Part shown: positions 22,672 to 36,309 of the stretch, piece by piece | Layout: each line of letters begins with the position of its first letter | How positions within the stretch are numbered: the stretch's first letter is position 1 | Origin: Cyanophora paradoxa CCMP329 | Lineage: Eukaryota; Plantae; Glaucophyta | DNA: 64,000 nt | Direction: 5' to 3' | Assembly: GCA_004431415.1 (NCBI GenBank) | Contig: QPMI01000097.1 | Span: 1-64,000 of the forward strand | Translations under genes and position numbers: made by a program | The notes under the pieces: model-generated | Seen by the model: the letters and a program-made list of their open reading frames with translations, nothing else | What the model was told of the DNA's origin: nothing | Databases searched by the model: none

Positions 22672-23009
22672 CTGCGCAAAGGGAAAAGAAATCAGCAAAG
22701 GCAAAACGTGAGGTGACTGTGAGGGCGGACTTGTGAAAATTCGGAGAGGCGGGGTTTCCTTGGGCTGAGAGAAGGCGGCGAACCCGTTTCAAGAGTGAGC
22801 CAAAATGGCGGCGGACCGCGGTTTTGTGGGCGATTTTTTTCGCGGTCTAGTTCGCAACGGAAAACGTTGCCAACTGGCCTGAAAAAAGCCAAATTTAGCG
22901 TTGGACCGAAGGCAGAAAAAGGGAGCCGGCCTGACGGAAATCGCCCGAGTGCGTCCGCCGAAGGTCGAGTCTCGGGCCGGGGTACACCCTCAGGGGCCCC
23001 CCTGGCCCC

Positions 23010-23479
23010 TCACCCTGGTAGTGCCCTCTCAAAGGGATTTTCGAAGCCGTACAATTCTTGGTAAGTCTCGTAATCCGGGCTGTACCCCCTCACAATCTGC
23101 GGGAGCCCCATTGAAAGCCTCCGTCTATCCTCTCTCAATTCCCTGCGGAAAAGTCTACGGTCTTCTCGAGCTTCGCGTGTCACGCCAGCTGGGCGTGGTC
23201 TATGATTGTTAGGGTTGTCGTAGCCTGGTCCCACCAGCCTCACGAAATTTTCGCGTATGGCCTCGGGAGGCTCTGGAAACGGCTCGTCGCGTGGAACTCA
23301 ATCCATTCATTGAATCGACGCGGATATTGACGGATGACTTCAAGCACGCCCTGTGTGTTGGGCTCTGGTGTTACGTCGGGGATGTCATGTCCCGTGAGGT
23401 GCCAACGCCAGAACTCGCGCAACCTCTCGAATGCCATATTCAACTCAAAGGGAAAATCGTAATAGAGATTGCCTGACAT
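23010..23479 (-). CDS. Last viral gene, hypothetical (frameshift near 23245)
   Basis: MSGNLYYDFPFELNMAFERLREFWRWH... then RLVGPGYDNP...YETYQELYGFENPF; AAATTTTCG upstream. Confidence 0.55.
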
Positions 23480-23539
23480 TTTCTCCCCGTCCGAAAATTT
23501 CCCCGCTTTTGGGTCCAGACTCTGATTCCAACTCTTCCC

Positions 23540-23588
23540 AAGTCCCAAGTCCCAAGTCCCAAGTCCCAAGTCCCAAGTCCCAAGTCCC
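23540..23588 (-). repeat. (AAGTCCC)7 array, direct copy of 21480-21528
   Basis: Read directly; preceded by a similar GGG.CCAGAC.CTGA.TC.AACTCTTCCC flank. Confidence 0.97.
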
Positions 23589-23967
23589 AGGTCACATTTT
23601 TCTCCCATTTTGACTCGAGATTCTGACCAAGTCCAAATCCGGGCCCGGGATTCGAACCCTCGTTTTCGATCGATTTCACGCGTGAAAACGGCACTTTTCG
23701 GCCTTTTCCGATTTTTCCTTTCTCGCGATCGCATTAATGTCCCCGATCTCGAAATCGCGATCGAAAAGGGTCGCGATCGGGAGAAAATCGCGATCGCCAG
23801 GGTCGTGATCGCCGCGATCGCCAGCCTCGGAGGGGGTACCCCCACAGCTGTTGCGGCGGTTATAAGAACCTCCGCAATCCAAGCGTCACTTCCGAGTCTC
23901 GAGCTCTCGGAGTTGACTTTTCGCGTTTGGCCCATTGATGGCCCTCCTATATAGGGCCCGCGGCCGT

Positions 23968-24374
23968 AGGGCCCGTAGGGGCTCCCGCCACCGCCCCGAG
24001 ACGAACCCCGCCGCCACACTGTGACAAGACGCAATGCAGCACCACGCCGTGCGGGCACGTACGCGTGTCACAGTGTAGCTCTACTAGGCGCGCGCCGGCT
24101 AGCTCGAGCTCGAGTGTCCGCGCGCGGGGACTGCGGGAGCTCGAGGCGCATTACTCTCAGAGTCTCCTTAGGCCTAGGGGGCTTCGAATTCGCCGCGGCG
24201 CAGGCCTGAGGGCCCGGCCCGGCCGGCCGCGGCCAGCCGCTGAGCTCGCTGGTGGGCTGGGCCCGGCCCGCCGCGCGGCCACGGCGGCCCCAGCCAGCTG
24301 CAGTGTACATTCCCACACTTGTAGCCCGGACCTGCGTTTTGAGTACGTACGTATACGTACGCGTGTCCAAATGC
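23968..24374 (-). repeat. Dispersed host repeat family A (conserved terminus ...GTGTCCAAATGC), copy abutting the viral element
   Basis: Matches copies at 28064-28340, 41311-41620, 46919-47183, 48545-48856 and 54833-55030. Confidence 0.9.
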
Positions 24375-24709
24375 GCAGCGCTAGCCTCCGGAGCCTCGCG
24401 GAGGCTCAGCGGCTTGAAGCTAGCGCGCTAGCTTGACTGTGACTTGAAGCTTGAAGCTTGACGGCTTGCAGCTTGAAGTTAGCTCGCGCTTGAAGTTATA
24501 GCTATAGCTAGCGCTGCTCGCGCACGCAGTGCTGCGCGCACTCCGAGAACCGCTTTTCGAGAGAAGTGCTGGCGCGAGCAGCTGCAGCCTCGTCCTTACC
24601 GTCGACGGCGCTCACGTTCGTAGAGAAAGCGCTCACGCCGCCATCTCACCAGCTCGCAGTCGAGGATACGTGTACTGCACGTACTTGCCAGACGCGTACA
24701 GCTGTGTCG

Positions 24710-27667
24710 ATGAGCCGCGTACGCATCCGCGGGGTAGCGCTTGCGTTGCTCCCAACGTTCCTAGTCGTGGGACTCCTCGTGACACATGCGTGGCTGAGCG
24801 TCACAAGTTTCAAGGACTGGTCACTCACATTCGATGAAACCGGCCAGGTGCGTGGCTGTGCGGGGTCTCCCCTCTGTCCTCCTCTAATTCCGTACAACAG
24901 TTGACGGCGGGCATTAGCTACTTGCAGACCAGAGGGGACTTCCGTGTCAACTCGGAGCAAGGGCTTCTTCCGTCTGTCCTTATGGCTCTGCCAGTCTACA
25001 TGACCGTCAACTACACTTGGGTTGATCAGATGTCCGAGGACTGGATTTACTCGCAGACGTTCCCCCTTGCGGATCAGTTCTTGTTTCGACAGGGAAATGA
25101 TTTTAGGATTATGGCGTTCAGAGCTCGTCTTGCCATGTTGATTCAACCGCTGCTTCTGATCGTCTGGGTAAGAATCTTCTGTGCCGGTTATGTCTGAAAA
25201 AGATATCGATCCGATCAGTACTTGCTACAGATATACAAGTGGTCTGCAGAACTCGGAGGGACTTCAGCTGGGATCCTGTCAGCCTCTATGGCAGCTTTCT
25301 CTCCCGCTCTGCTTGCACATGGAGCGCTGTGTACCTCGGACATGGCTGTCACACTGTGGATCACAGTAGCCTTGAAATGTCTCTGGCGATCATTTCATTC
25401 AATAAACCTTCGTAGCTTCCTTGTGGTGCACAAGCTTTCTCCTTCCTGTGGCATATTATTATTCATATTTCTCCAGAGCTGTGTTGCTCTTGCAGCTGCA
25501 TTTCTATCGAAAATGTCTGCTCTTGTTCTGGGCCCTGTCACGATTTGTCTTGTGGTGGTGCGCGTGCTGGCTGGCACCCCGCTTGCGATCGAGCTCTGCT
25601 TCCTTGAGAGACGCTTCGTGAAAACCAGGTGGATTGCTGGCCGGCCTGGGGCTTGACACTGTGGCTAACATTCGTTGCAGGGCACGAATGTTTTTGTCGC
25701 TTATATGCCTGCTTCTGGCAAAAGTGGCCGTCATGGCGTTTTTGTTTTGGGCGGCATACCTCTTCAAGTATGACGCAATTATGGAGAAATCTCCGGATGG
25801 CCGTGGATCTTTTCCAGTAGATTGGGACACGATGTACAACTCGACTTTTCCTCCACTGGCGGTCGCAACGGATTTCGCACGGAAGTACAAGTGAGTGATT
25901 GTCCTGATTTTTGATGCACTGGGACGCGATCTTGCAACCAGACTTCTTCCCGAGGCGTTTCTCTATGACTTCATTCACAACATGTACATGGTGAGCAACC
26001 GGCGAGCGTTCTTCAGGGGAAAGTACTCGAGAACAGGTGACAGTATTTTTCATCGTCGTGCGAAGTGTGTGGAACCAGAAAAATGGCTCACTGTGCCATG
26101 TCAGGGTTCCCTGAATACTTCATTTTCTGCCTAGTCACCAAAACCCCGATTGCCCTTCTGGCTGTGCTGTCTCTGGCTGCGATCTGGTCGTTGTGGGGCT
26201 GCGGTAGACGAGTTCTACAGGTGCCTGCAGCCACACATATGTTTCTTCATTTCAGTCTTTCTCATTGTACCCGGCTTGAAGCGGCCGTCCATGGCTTCCA
26301 AGAACATCAGCAACGGGACAAGAGAACGACAAAACAAAACTCCAGAAGCTAAACATGCGGAAGATCAGCCAGTGATTCCGTTGAAAAAGAGCCCAGGCCT
26401 GGAAACGGGGACATCCGTCCTGAGGAAGCGCTTTCTTCAAGGGAGAGAGCCCGTTCCAGAATGTCCGAAAGAATCTGGAACATCTAGAGTCAATCTCAAT
26501 CGAGAGGTAGCTTCCATCTCAGGAGAGTACGCTGATGAAGGAGGCTCCTCATATGCACCACTTCTTGTACACATTACTCTGTTCTGGACTATAGCACTTC
26601 GAAGCAAGGTATCTATCTATCACTGAAGAATTCGGAAGGCTAGCTAGACCGAATCCATTGCACAGGTTACAATTGGCGAGCGATATGTTCTTCCGTCCTA
26701 CCCTGCCATGTATATTGCATGTGGATCGTTCCTCAAGCAACAGCACGGAAGGGAAAGGTCATGGCAAGTGCGAACATGGCTTGCCCTGGTGCTGATGATA
26801 TACACTGCCCACGAGGTACGCATTGCATTTGGTCAGCTTTCTTCCAATCGTCACAGCCCCTGTCTCCAGGTTGCGCGGTACAGACCAAACTACCTTGCAT
26901 ACTTCAACGGGCTCGTGCATCCTGATGAGGCCTGGAAGTATGTTGTGGACTCCTCACTGGATTGGGGTCAGGTGCGCTTCTATATTTTGAGAAGTGGACC
27001 GTGCATGCAGAAATCTGTTTCAGGATTTGCCCCGGCTGCAAACATTCTTCGAGGAGAAACAGCGCGAGGACCCTTCACAGGCTTTCTACATTTCGTACTT
27101 CGGAACAAGCAGCCCAAGGCAGTATGGAATTGAGGCACACGCCCTCCCATCATTCCCAGATCTGTACGCAAGCGATTTTGCGTGCAGTGCACTGCAATCC
27201 TGATGTATGCAAAGGTGGCGACGACAGCTCCCCCTGCGTCTGACCCTGGACTACTACCCAGGCTACTACGCCATATCTGCAACAATGCTCTGGAACTTGT
27301 ACTCCATGTTTGAATTCGTCGGTGAGTGGACTATTCAGCTTGAAGAGTACTATTGGGAGATCTTCCAAGCCGTGGCGCATGGATCACGGTTAGTTGTTCG
27401 GATGGCGTGTTTTCAAGCTGATTCGTCCTGTTTCACTCCGGCCGCAGGGATTCTGAGGTGCTTTTCAAAGCAGACACTGGTGTGTTCAAGCGTTTGTGCT
27501 CCTACCTGCAAACAGAGCGGCCCCCAGACTACACTATTGGTTATTCAATCCTCGTGTACAAGTTGAACAACACGGAGCTTGATCGGTTCTGCTACAAGCG
27601 TGAAAGTCGGCCCTCCTTACCGGACAATCCGAAACTCATCTTCACACCACTGCGACCAATTGCGTGA
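24710..27667 (+). CDS. Multi-exon GT-C membrane glycosyltransferase (ArnT/PMT_2-like)
   Basis: SLTFDE..(intron)..TAGISYLQTRGDFRVNSEQ, FSPALLAHGALCTSD, AFLSKMSA, KTPIALL, PNYLAYFN, DSSLDWGQ, IGYSILVY; short GT-AG introns. Confidence 0.8.
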
Positions 27668-27692
27668 TGTTGAGCTGGGATGATAATGATGA

Positions 27693-28340
27693 GCATTTGG
27701 ACATGAACTAAAAATGTAAGTCCGGGCTACAAGTGTGGGCGTACACTGTGGCCGCCGCGATTATGGGCCCAGCCCAGGTTTTTTTGCAGGATGCCGTGGC
27801 GAATTCTTAGCTTTTGATCTGCGATTACGATTACTAAATTAGCCAGGGCGTCCTTGATCTGCGATTACGATTACTAAGTTAGCCAGGGCGTCCTTGATCT
27901 GCGATTACGATCGTAATTAGGACGTCTTAGCTTTTGATCTGCGATTACGATTACTAAGTTAGCCAGGGCGTCCTTGATCTGCGATTACGATTACTAAGTT
28001 AGCCAGGGCGTCCGACGGTCCTTGATCTGCGATTACGATTACTACGATTACGATTACCCCTCCAGGGCCCGTAGGGGCTCCCACCACCGCCCCGAGACGA
28101 CCCCCGCCGCCACAAGACGCGATGCAGCACCACGCCGCGCATGCGGGCACATGTAGCTCTAGCCGCTGAGCTAGCCAGAGTGTCCGCGGGGAGGCGCATT
28201 TCTCTCCTTAGGGGGCCACTGCGGCCACCCAGGGCCCCGCTGGCCAGTTCGCTGGTGGGCTGGGCCCGCGGCCGTGGCGGCCGCAGTGTACATTCCCACA
28301 CTTGTAGCCCGGACCTGCGTTTTAGTACGTGTCCAAATGC
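27693..28340. mobile_element. Foldback-like composite: two inverted family-A ends enclosing ~40-bp tandem repeats
   Basis: GCATTTGGAC at 27693 and GTCCAAATGC ending at 28340; internal (GATCTGCGATTACGATTACTAAGTTAGCCAGGGCGTCCTT)n at 27816-28056; no TSD seen. Confidence 0.7.
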
Positions 28341-28625
28341 GGATCCATCGCATGCGCAACAGGATTTCGGAGAGGGGGTGATAGCGCCCGGCCCGTGGCT
28401 AGTTTTCACATGAGGGGATCCGGACAGGGACCCGGCAGTTAGTTTTGGGATGTGTTTACCCGAATATATTCAAGACTACCAACTGGATTCCTTAGCTTTC
28501 AAATACAAATCAAAGCCCGGCCCCTCAGCTGCAGAGCGCCAGATCTAAGGCCACTCCAATAGAAGTCCACCCAACTGGTATGGTTCGACAGTTTTAATTG
28601 CTTATATTCTGAATCAACAGCTAAT

Positions 28626-30747
<2,122 letters not shown>

Positions 30748-31349
30748 TGCCGCGACGGCTCTTCGAGGCTGCTGAGCGAAGGGGGGGATGGAAGCGGGGT
30801 ACGTTCGTTCGGAACCGAACCAACCGGCTTCTTCGAATTTAATTCTAGAAATTAAATTTTTTTTTTTAAAGATCTACGGCGGGCGTACCCACTCGTAGTA
30901 CACAACGAGGATACAAGTCACGGTATCAGGAATCACGGGGATTCGAAGTACAACGAAGCGGAAACAGCAGGAACCGAACCCGGAAATCCGGGAGGTCGTA
31001 GCACGACCTTGTACCACTGCGCTTCTTAATTCGACAGTGCGCAGACCGCAAGCTTCTTAATTCGACAGTGCGCAGACCGCTAGCAAACATTGGCAACATA
31101 CGTACACTTGCCCCCAAACCGCCTTGGGCACAGCCGCCTCGAGAACGACACGGAACTTTTTCGGAAGCGCCCCAATGCAGCCACGACCACGGATCAAATC
31201 CCAAACTCGAGCTCAAACCCGAGCTCCAGGGCCCGGACAACCGGCGCCCCCGCAGCCCCGCAAACACTAACTGTGGCTAACAACGATCGCGACCGTGAAA
31301 GAACCGAAGCACAGCCGCAGGGCGCAATGGCGCCGGCGCATGCAATTCA

Positions 31350-31697
31350 ATGATTAATATTACGAATCCCGAAATCGAAGCTGTGCAGGCACTTTTGCAG
31401 CTATCGGGCTCGACCGCGACTGCAGCCAGTGCTAGCTCTAGTACTAGTCATAATGAACAGGCCAATGAAGTTGCAAGTGGATCACGGGCACGCCGGAGCG
31501 TCATTTCACAACGGAAACGAGCACTGGAGGAGGCTAAGGAGCTCAAAAATAACAGTGGTCACTCGCGATGCAGGATATGCAGGGGGAAACTGACGACGAA
31601 TGATGACGAGCAAGCACACGTGTGCTGGAACAACCCACCCCCAGATACAGCCCTCTGCCAGGCTGGAACGCACACATTGCAGTGGAAAGGCTGCTGA
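31350..31697 (+). CDS. Possible small Cys/His zinc-finger protein or gene fragment
   Basis: EAVQALLQLS motif and CRIC..x11..HVC; intronless, ends close to a family-A terminus. Confidence 0.3.
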   Translation: MINITNPEIEAVQALLQLSGSTATAASASSSTSHNEQANEVASGSRARRSVISQRKRALEEAKELKNNSGHSRCRICRGKLTTNDDEQAHVCWNNPPPDTALCQAGTHTLQWKGC

Positions 31698-31894
31698 AAA
31701 CAGGAGAGCTACCAGTGCTTATGCCCCACATGTAAAGGTAACCGTGTCCTGCGTTTTAGTACGTGTCCAAATGCAAGCTATAGGGGACCGGTACGCTTTG
31801 ATTACGCTACTAGCTATAGGCCAGCCAGGAGCCGGGCTTCGATATCGATATCGATTTAAATATGAGCTCTGCAGCCGAGGGGCAGGATCCCTGA

Positions 31895-32468
31895 CGAAGC
31901 GGATCTCTCACCTCCAGCCTGGCAGGAGCTGCTCTCGCCGCCCCAATTCGATCCGGCGTCCGAAGAGACTCCGGAGCCGATATCGATGCAGAAGAAGGTC
32001 CAGATCAGTGACGCGTCGACGAGCAGAGGCAGAGGGCCGAGGAGAATCGCCTCAAAGCACGAGAGGCGCTGCTGGCACGGTTGGCGACGATCCCTGTTCT
32101 ACTGGATGCCGCTATCACGGACATCGGCTGGAGAAGCGCGCTGTCTGACGAATTCGATAAGCCGTACTTCAAGATTCTCGCGGAGTTCCTCCGATCGGAA
32201 GTGGCAGCAGGAAAGAAAGTTTTCCCGCGACCGTCAGCTCTCATTTTCAATGTGATTCACGCCATCCGCCTTTCATAACTTCGCCCTTAATTTTGATGGC
32301 AGGCGTTAAATCTGTGTCCATTGGAGAAAGTGAAAGTCGTAATAATCGGCCAAGATCCGTGTGCTTCTTTTACTTTGTCATCCCCCTTGTCCTTATTTAC
32401 CACGGTGCATATACCACGGGGATGGCCAAGCGCATGGGCTCTGCTTCTCTGTACCAGCTGGAATCAGT
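31895..32468 (+). pseudogene. Partial, intron-retaining duplicate of the UNG gene
   Basis: Near-identical to 45760-46341 with small indels; stops after [19 protein letters not shown]. Confidence 0.9.
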
Positions 32469-32725
32469 ACCCGAATTGCCGAATTGCACCCGCTGCACCC
32501 ACTGTCTGCACGCGCTGTCTGGCGAATTCTTAGCTTTTGATCTGCGATTACGATTACTAAGTTAGCCAGGGCGTCCTTGATCTGGATTTTAGTACGTGTC
32601 CAAATGCGGATCCCTGACTCAGCTGCTAGAAATGCTCAACTTCAAATCACGTGCGAAGTCCGGGATCCGGCCCCTTGGCTGCAGCGCTCAAATCCAAATC
32701 AAAGCCTGGCCCCTATCTTTCGCTG

Positions 32726-35700
32726 CTACTTGTGCTCGAGGGCCGCGATTTTGGCAGTGAGTTCGTTGATCTGATCTCGATAGATGGCCTTCAATTCAAG
32801 CATGTCCGATCGCAGCTCCTCAAGGGCTTCTTCTCGCTCACCCGCCAGCTCCAACGCAGCGGCATACCGCCTCTCGAGATCTGCAGTTGAGCTGCAAGTT
32901 TCGCGAAGCTGTTGGAGCTCGTCCTGAAGCAGTTTGTTCTGTGCAGTAAGTGTTGAGAGTTCTTCGACCAGGCAATCTGACCGGAGTGGTGCACGTGAGA
33001 AAAGGGGAGGTATGACAGCAACCCAGAAAGGGGTATGAAGTACCTCGCGTTGTGACCAAAGATGTCAGTTGGGTCTGAAGTCCAGCTATCTCACCTTCAC
33101 GTTGACGCTGGATTGCATTCAGAAGAGGCCAGCAGAATGGCAGAAAAAAGGTGCTCACCAGGTTGGCGCTGAGACGTTCGTACGCAGCAGCGGATGGGAG
33201 GCCACTGGGGAGCGAAACAGGAAAGGGGACCGCTGCACAAAGGTCACTTGCAGGACTGCCCGCAAGGGACCGCTGCAGAAGGCATTAATGACTAAAAGAA
33301 GGAGCCTCTTGGGCCCCATGCACCTGGAGAATGTGATCTGCGCTTGCACCACTGACGGTTGCAAGTCCTGCCCCAGCTGGCCGCACAGCAGCAAATGCAG
33401 ATGCCCCACTGGTGGCAGACGCTCCAATAGGCACAGGGCGAAAGAAGGCAGTAGTCCCGGAACCAATCTCAGGTGTTTGGGAGACATGCCCTGTTGTGGG
33501 AGATGACGAGACTGGGTTCGGGGATGGTAAGGCGGTCCGAGCCTCCTCGACAGCCTTCTTAAGACCAGCTATCTCCTCAGCAGCAGAACTGCTTTGCTCT
33601 TCGAGCTGCGAAACGTTTTCAGAGAGAAATCGATCCTGGAGGTGAGTAACTGAACTTGCCTGTCTCGTCAAGGTCTCTACACGTGCCTGGGAGTCAACAA
33701 GAGCTGCACGCATTCGTGTCTCACTTTCAGCCGCCTGCTGCTGTGCACGCAACAGCTGTGCGCGTGCTGCAGAAAGGTTTTCGTTGGAGGTGGACTGTTC
33801 TCGCATAATTGCATCGAGTCGGCCTCGGAGACTGTCAATTTCAGCAGAGATTCGTCTCTGCCAGAACTGAGCCACGAGTATCATGTTGGAGCTATCATCG
33901 CAGTACCTTCTCGTTTGTGCTCGTTGCAATGTTCGCCTCGAGGGCAGCGACCTTGAGAAGAAGATCCTGCACTCTTCCATTCGCCGCCCTTTCTCGCTCT
34001 GCAGCAACAGCGCAGCTCGCCTCCGCTTCCTAGCAATCGGTTCAGCTGGCATGAAGAGCATGATGCGTGATTCATAGGGTGCATGGGACCTGGAGTCGGG
34101 CAGTGAGGGAGCGTTCAACAGCGTCAGCAGCCCCTTTTTGTGCAGCCAACTGGGCATGCATCGTCTCGATCTGCATCGATTTCTCGACTGCAGATATTCA
34201 TGTACAAGCGACATAGCACACCTGCCGAAGGAGCGGCCGTGTCGCATCAGGCACCGTTCCCTTGAGCTCCTCCAATCGACCCTCAGCGGCCTCACAGGAA
34301 GCTCGCAGTTCCTGTGTAGATTAGCACCTCGCGCAGACTTCTTCAATGCATGAAAAACCTCTATCTCTTTTCGAAGCCGATCCTCGCGATGCCCAGCCTG
34401 CATTGCTTGTTGCGCAAGGTTTGCTCGCAGCTCCCCAACGGTTGCTGAGAGAGCCGATTCCCTTTCCCCCGCTTCGCGAAGCTTGACAGCCAACAACGCC
34501 TGTCCAGCTTCGCGAGCCCTCTCCTCTGCGTCCTTGATTTGCAGCTCTGCGCTCGTCTGCAGCGCCACGAGGCGCTGCCTTGCAAGCTCCAAATCTGCTT
34601 TAGTAGACTCCAGCTCCCCCCGAATGCCATCGTAGTCCCGAACAGCACCAAGGCTCCCTGCACGATTTTGGCTGCGAAGGCAGGCATGCTCTCAAAAGTG
34701 TTCTGTTCACCCTCGAGCAATTGTCTTTCTTGTTCCAACTGCGTGTTTGTCGTTTGCAGGACATCGACCCGTGCCTCTGCATCTTCCGCGCGTTTTTTGA
34801 GCCGCTCTATGGTGGTCTGCAAGATCCGCTCAATGTGGTGTGCAGCCTAGATATTGCCGAAGGGGGTTTGAATGCCAAAGTGAGTTACAAACCTCTGCAT
34901 CCTTCATACTCGCCCTGAGCTTCTTCAATGTAGCTTCCAGGTCCCCGACCTTCTTGCTCAAAGCCGTGCCTGTATGGCCCCAGTGAGCGCAGGGGAACAT
35001 AGTGCGCCGCAAAGTAAAGCAAGAATCCACACCCTCGGAAACGAGGCCCTCAATCTGTTGATCCTTCTCGCGCAACCGCTCTTGAATGTCGCTGTCATTA
35101 CCTTTCATCGCGCTGAGTTTTCGCAATGCATCTCGTTCCTACGTTCCAGCGATTGCAGTTAATCGAAATCGTGATCAAAGCACGAGAATACCTTCTGCAA
35201 AGCGGCTGTTTTTTTCTGCTCGGCTTGCAAACGTGTGGCAAATTCCGAGCGAAGGCTCTCCAACTAAACAAGAAAATAAGCATGGAACGGGACAGAAGAA
35301 GCAATCGAAAGTGTCACCTCCGCGCTGAGCTGGGCAGCTCGATTTTCTGACTCCTTGCTCCTAGCGCAGAAATCAAGAGAGTCAGCATCGATCAAACACG
35401 AAACTCACGTTTGAGACACATTCGCCGATTCCTGTAGTACGGCTAGCTGGAGCGCCTGCGCCTCGATTTGCCGTTCCCGGGCCGAGAGCTGCTGTTTCAG
35501 GCGCTCACATTCGTCATCCATTTTTTCGATCTGCAGCTTGAGCTTCGAGGCGAGGGCTTTCCATCCATCATCGGTTTCCGCGGTAGCATTGCTTTGCGAG
35601 GTGTCCCGTTCAGGACACGGGTGTGAAGATTCGGCAGGCGGCTGCGTGAGAGTTGCTGGGTCCGTCGCTAATTGAGAAGATTCTGCAGGCGGCTCCGTGG

Positions 35701-36061
35701 GAGTAGCTGGGTCCGAGTCCGGCCTGGAGTGGGGCACGGCGGCATCCGCCACAGCCACATTCGCAGGCAGCACCGCAGCGCTAGCTACAAGCGCGCCGCC
35801 AGCTGCTAGTGCGCCTCCGCCTCCGCCGTCGCGCTCGATTGTTCCGGCATGTGCCTCCGCTGCCGACTCCGCAGCGTTGCCCCTGCCGACGCGCGTAAGA
35901 TTGCGCGTACGCGAGTGAGCGGTGGCTGACCGCGACTCAGAGGCTGGCGCGGCATCGCGCGGCGCTTGTTGGAGCGGCGCCGGTTTCGTAGCTGTAGGCG
36001 GTGGCGGCGACGGGGCGGGAGCAGGTTCAGTTCCGAACTCTTCCCATTCGTCTTCGCTCAT
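32726..36061 (-). CDS. TMF1: TATA element modulatory factor 1-like golgin (multi-exon coiled-coil protein)
   Basis: LREKDQQIEGLVSEG|ALSKK; C-terminal TMF-type LERRYAAALELAGEREEALEELRSDMLELKAIYRDQI. Confidence 0.8.
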
Positions 36062-36309
36062 CCTGCTCGCGCTCCCGCGGCCGTGCGCTCCGTGTACGTA
36101 AGCGCTGCTTTCGCTGCTTTCGCACCCCCCCCCCCCCCCCCCCCCCCCCCTCTAGATCTCCGATCCCGCCCCCCCCAACGTGGGCGGAGGGGGGAGGGGG
36201 GAGGGTGGGGGGGTACCGGTGGGGGGGTGGACCGTGGGGGAGAGAGATCTCGAGATCTATATTCTAGAGACCCGCCGGCCGCGGGCCGGCCTGGCGGGCG
36301 ATATATATA

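Larger units (their letters stand above)
1..23955. mobile_element. Endogenous viral element, mriyavirus-like (Yaravirus/gamadvirus-type), right-hand ~24 kb; left end lies outside the window
   Basis: Dense intronless genes: A32 ATPase, VLTF3, A22/RuvC resolvase, two HUH endonucleases and fibre proteins. Shared upstream motif. Switch to intron-containing host genes after ~24.4 kb. Right boundary approximate. Confidence 0.85.

Noticed and set aside
1-23955. Polinton/Maverick, PLV or virophage assignment
   Set aside because: No protein-primed PolB, rve integrase or adenain protease seen; VLTF3, A22-RuvC and HUH point to mriyaviruses.
27816-28056. CRISPR-like array
   Set aside because: Contiguous tandem 40-bp units without unique spacers, no cas genes, eukaryotic context.
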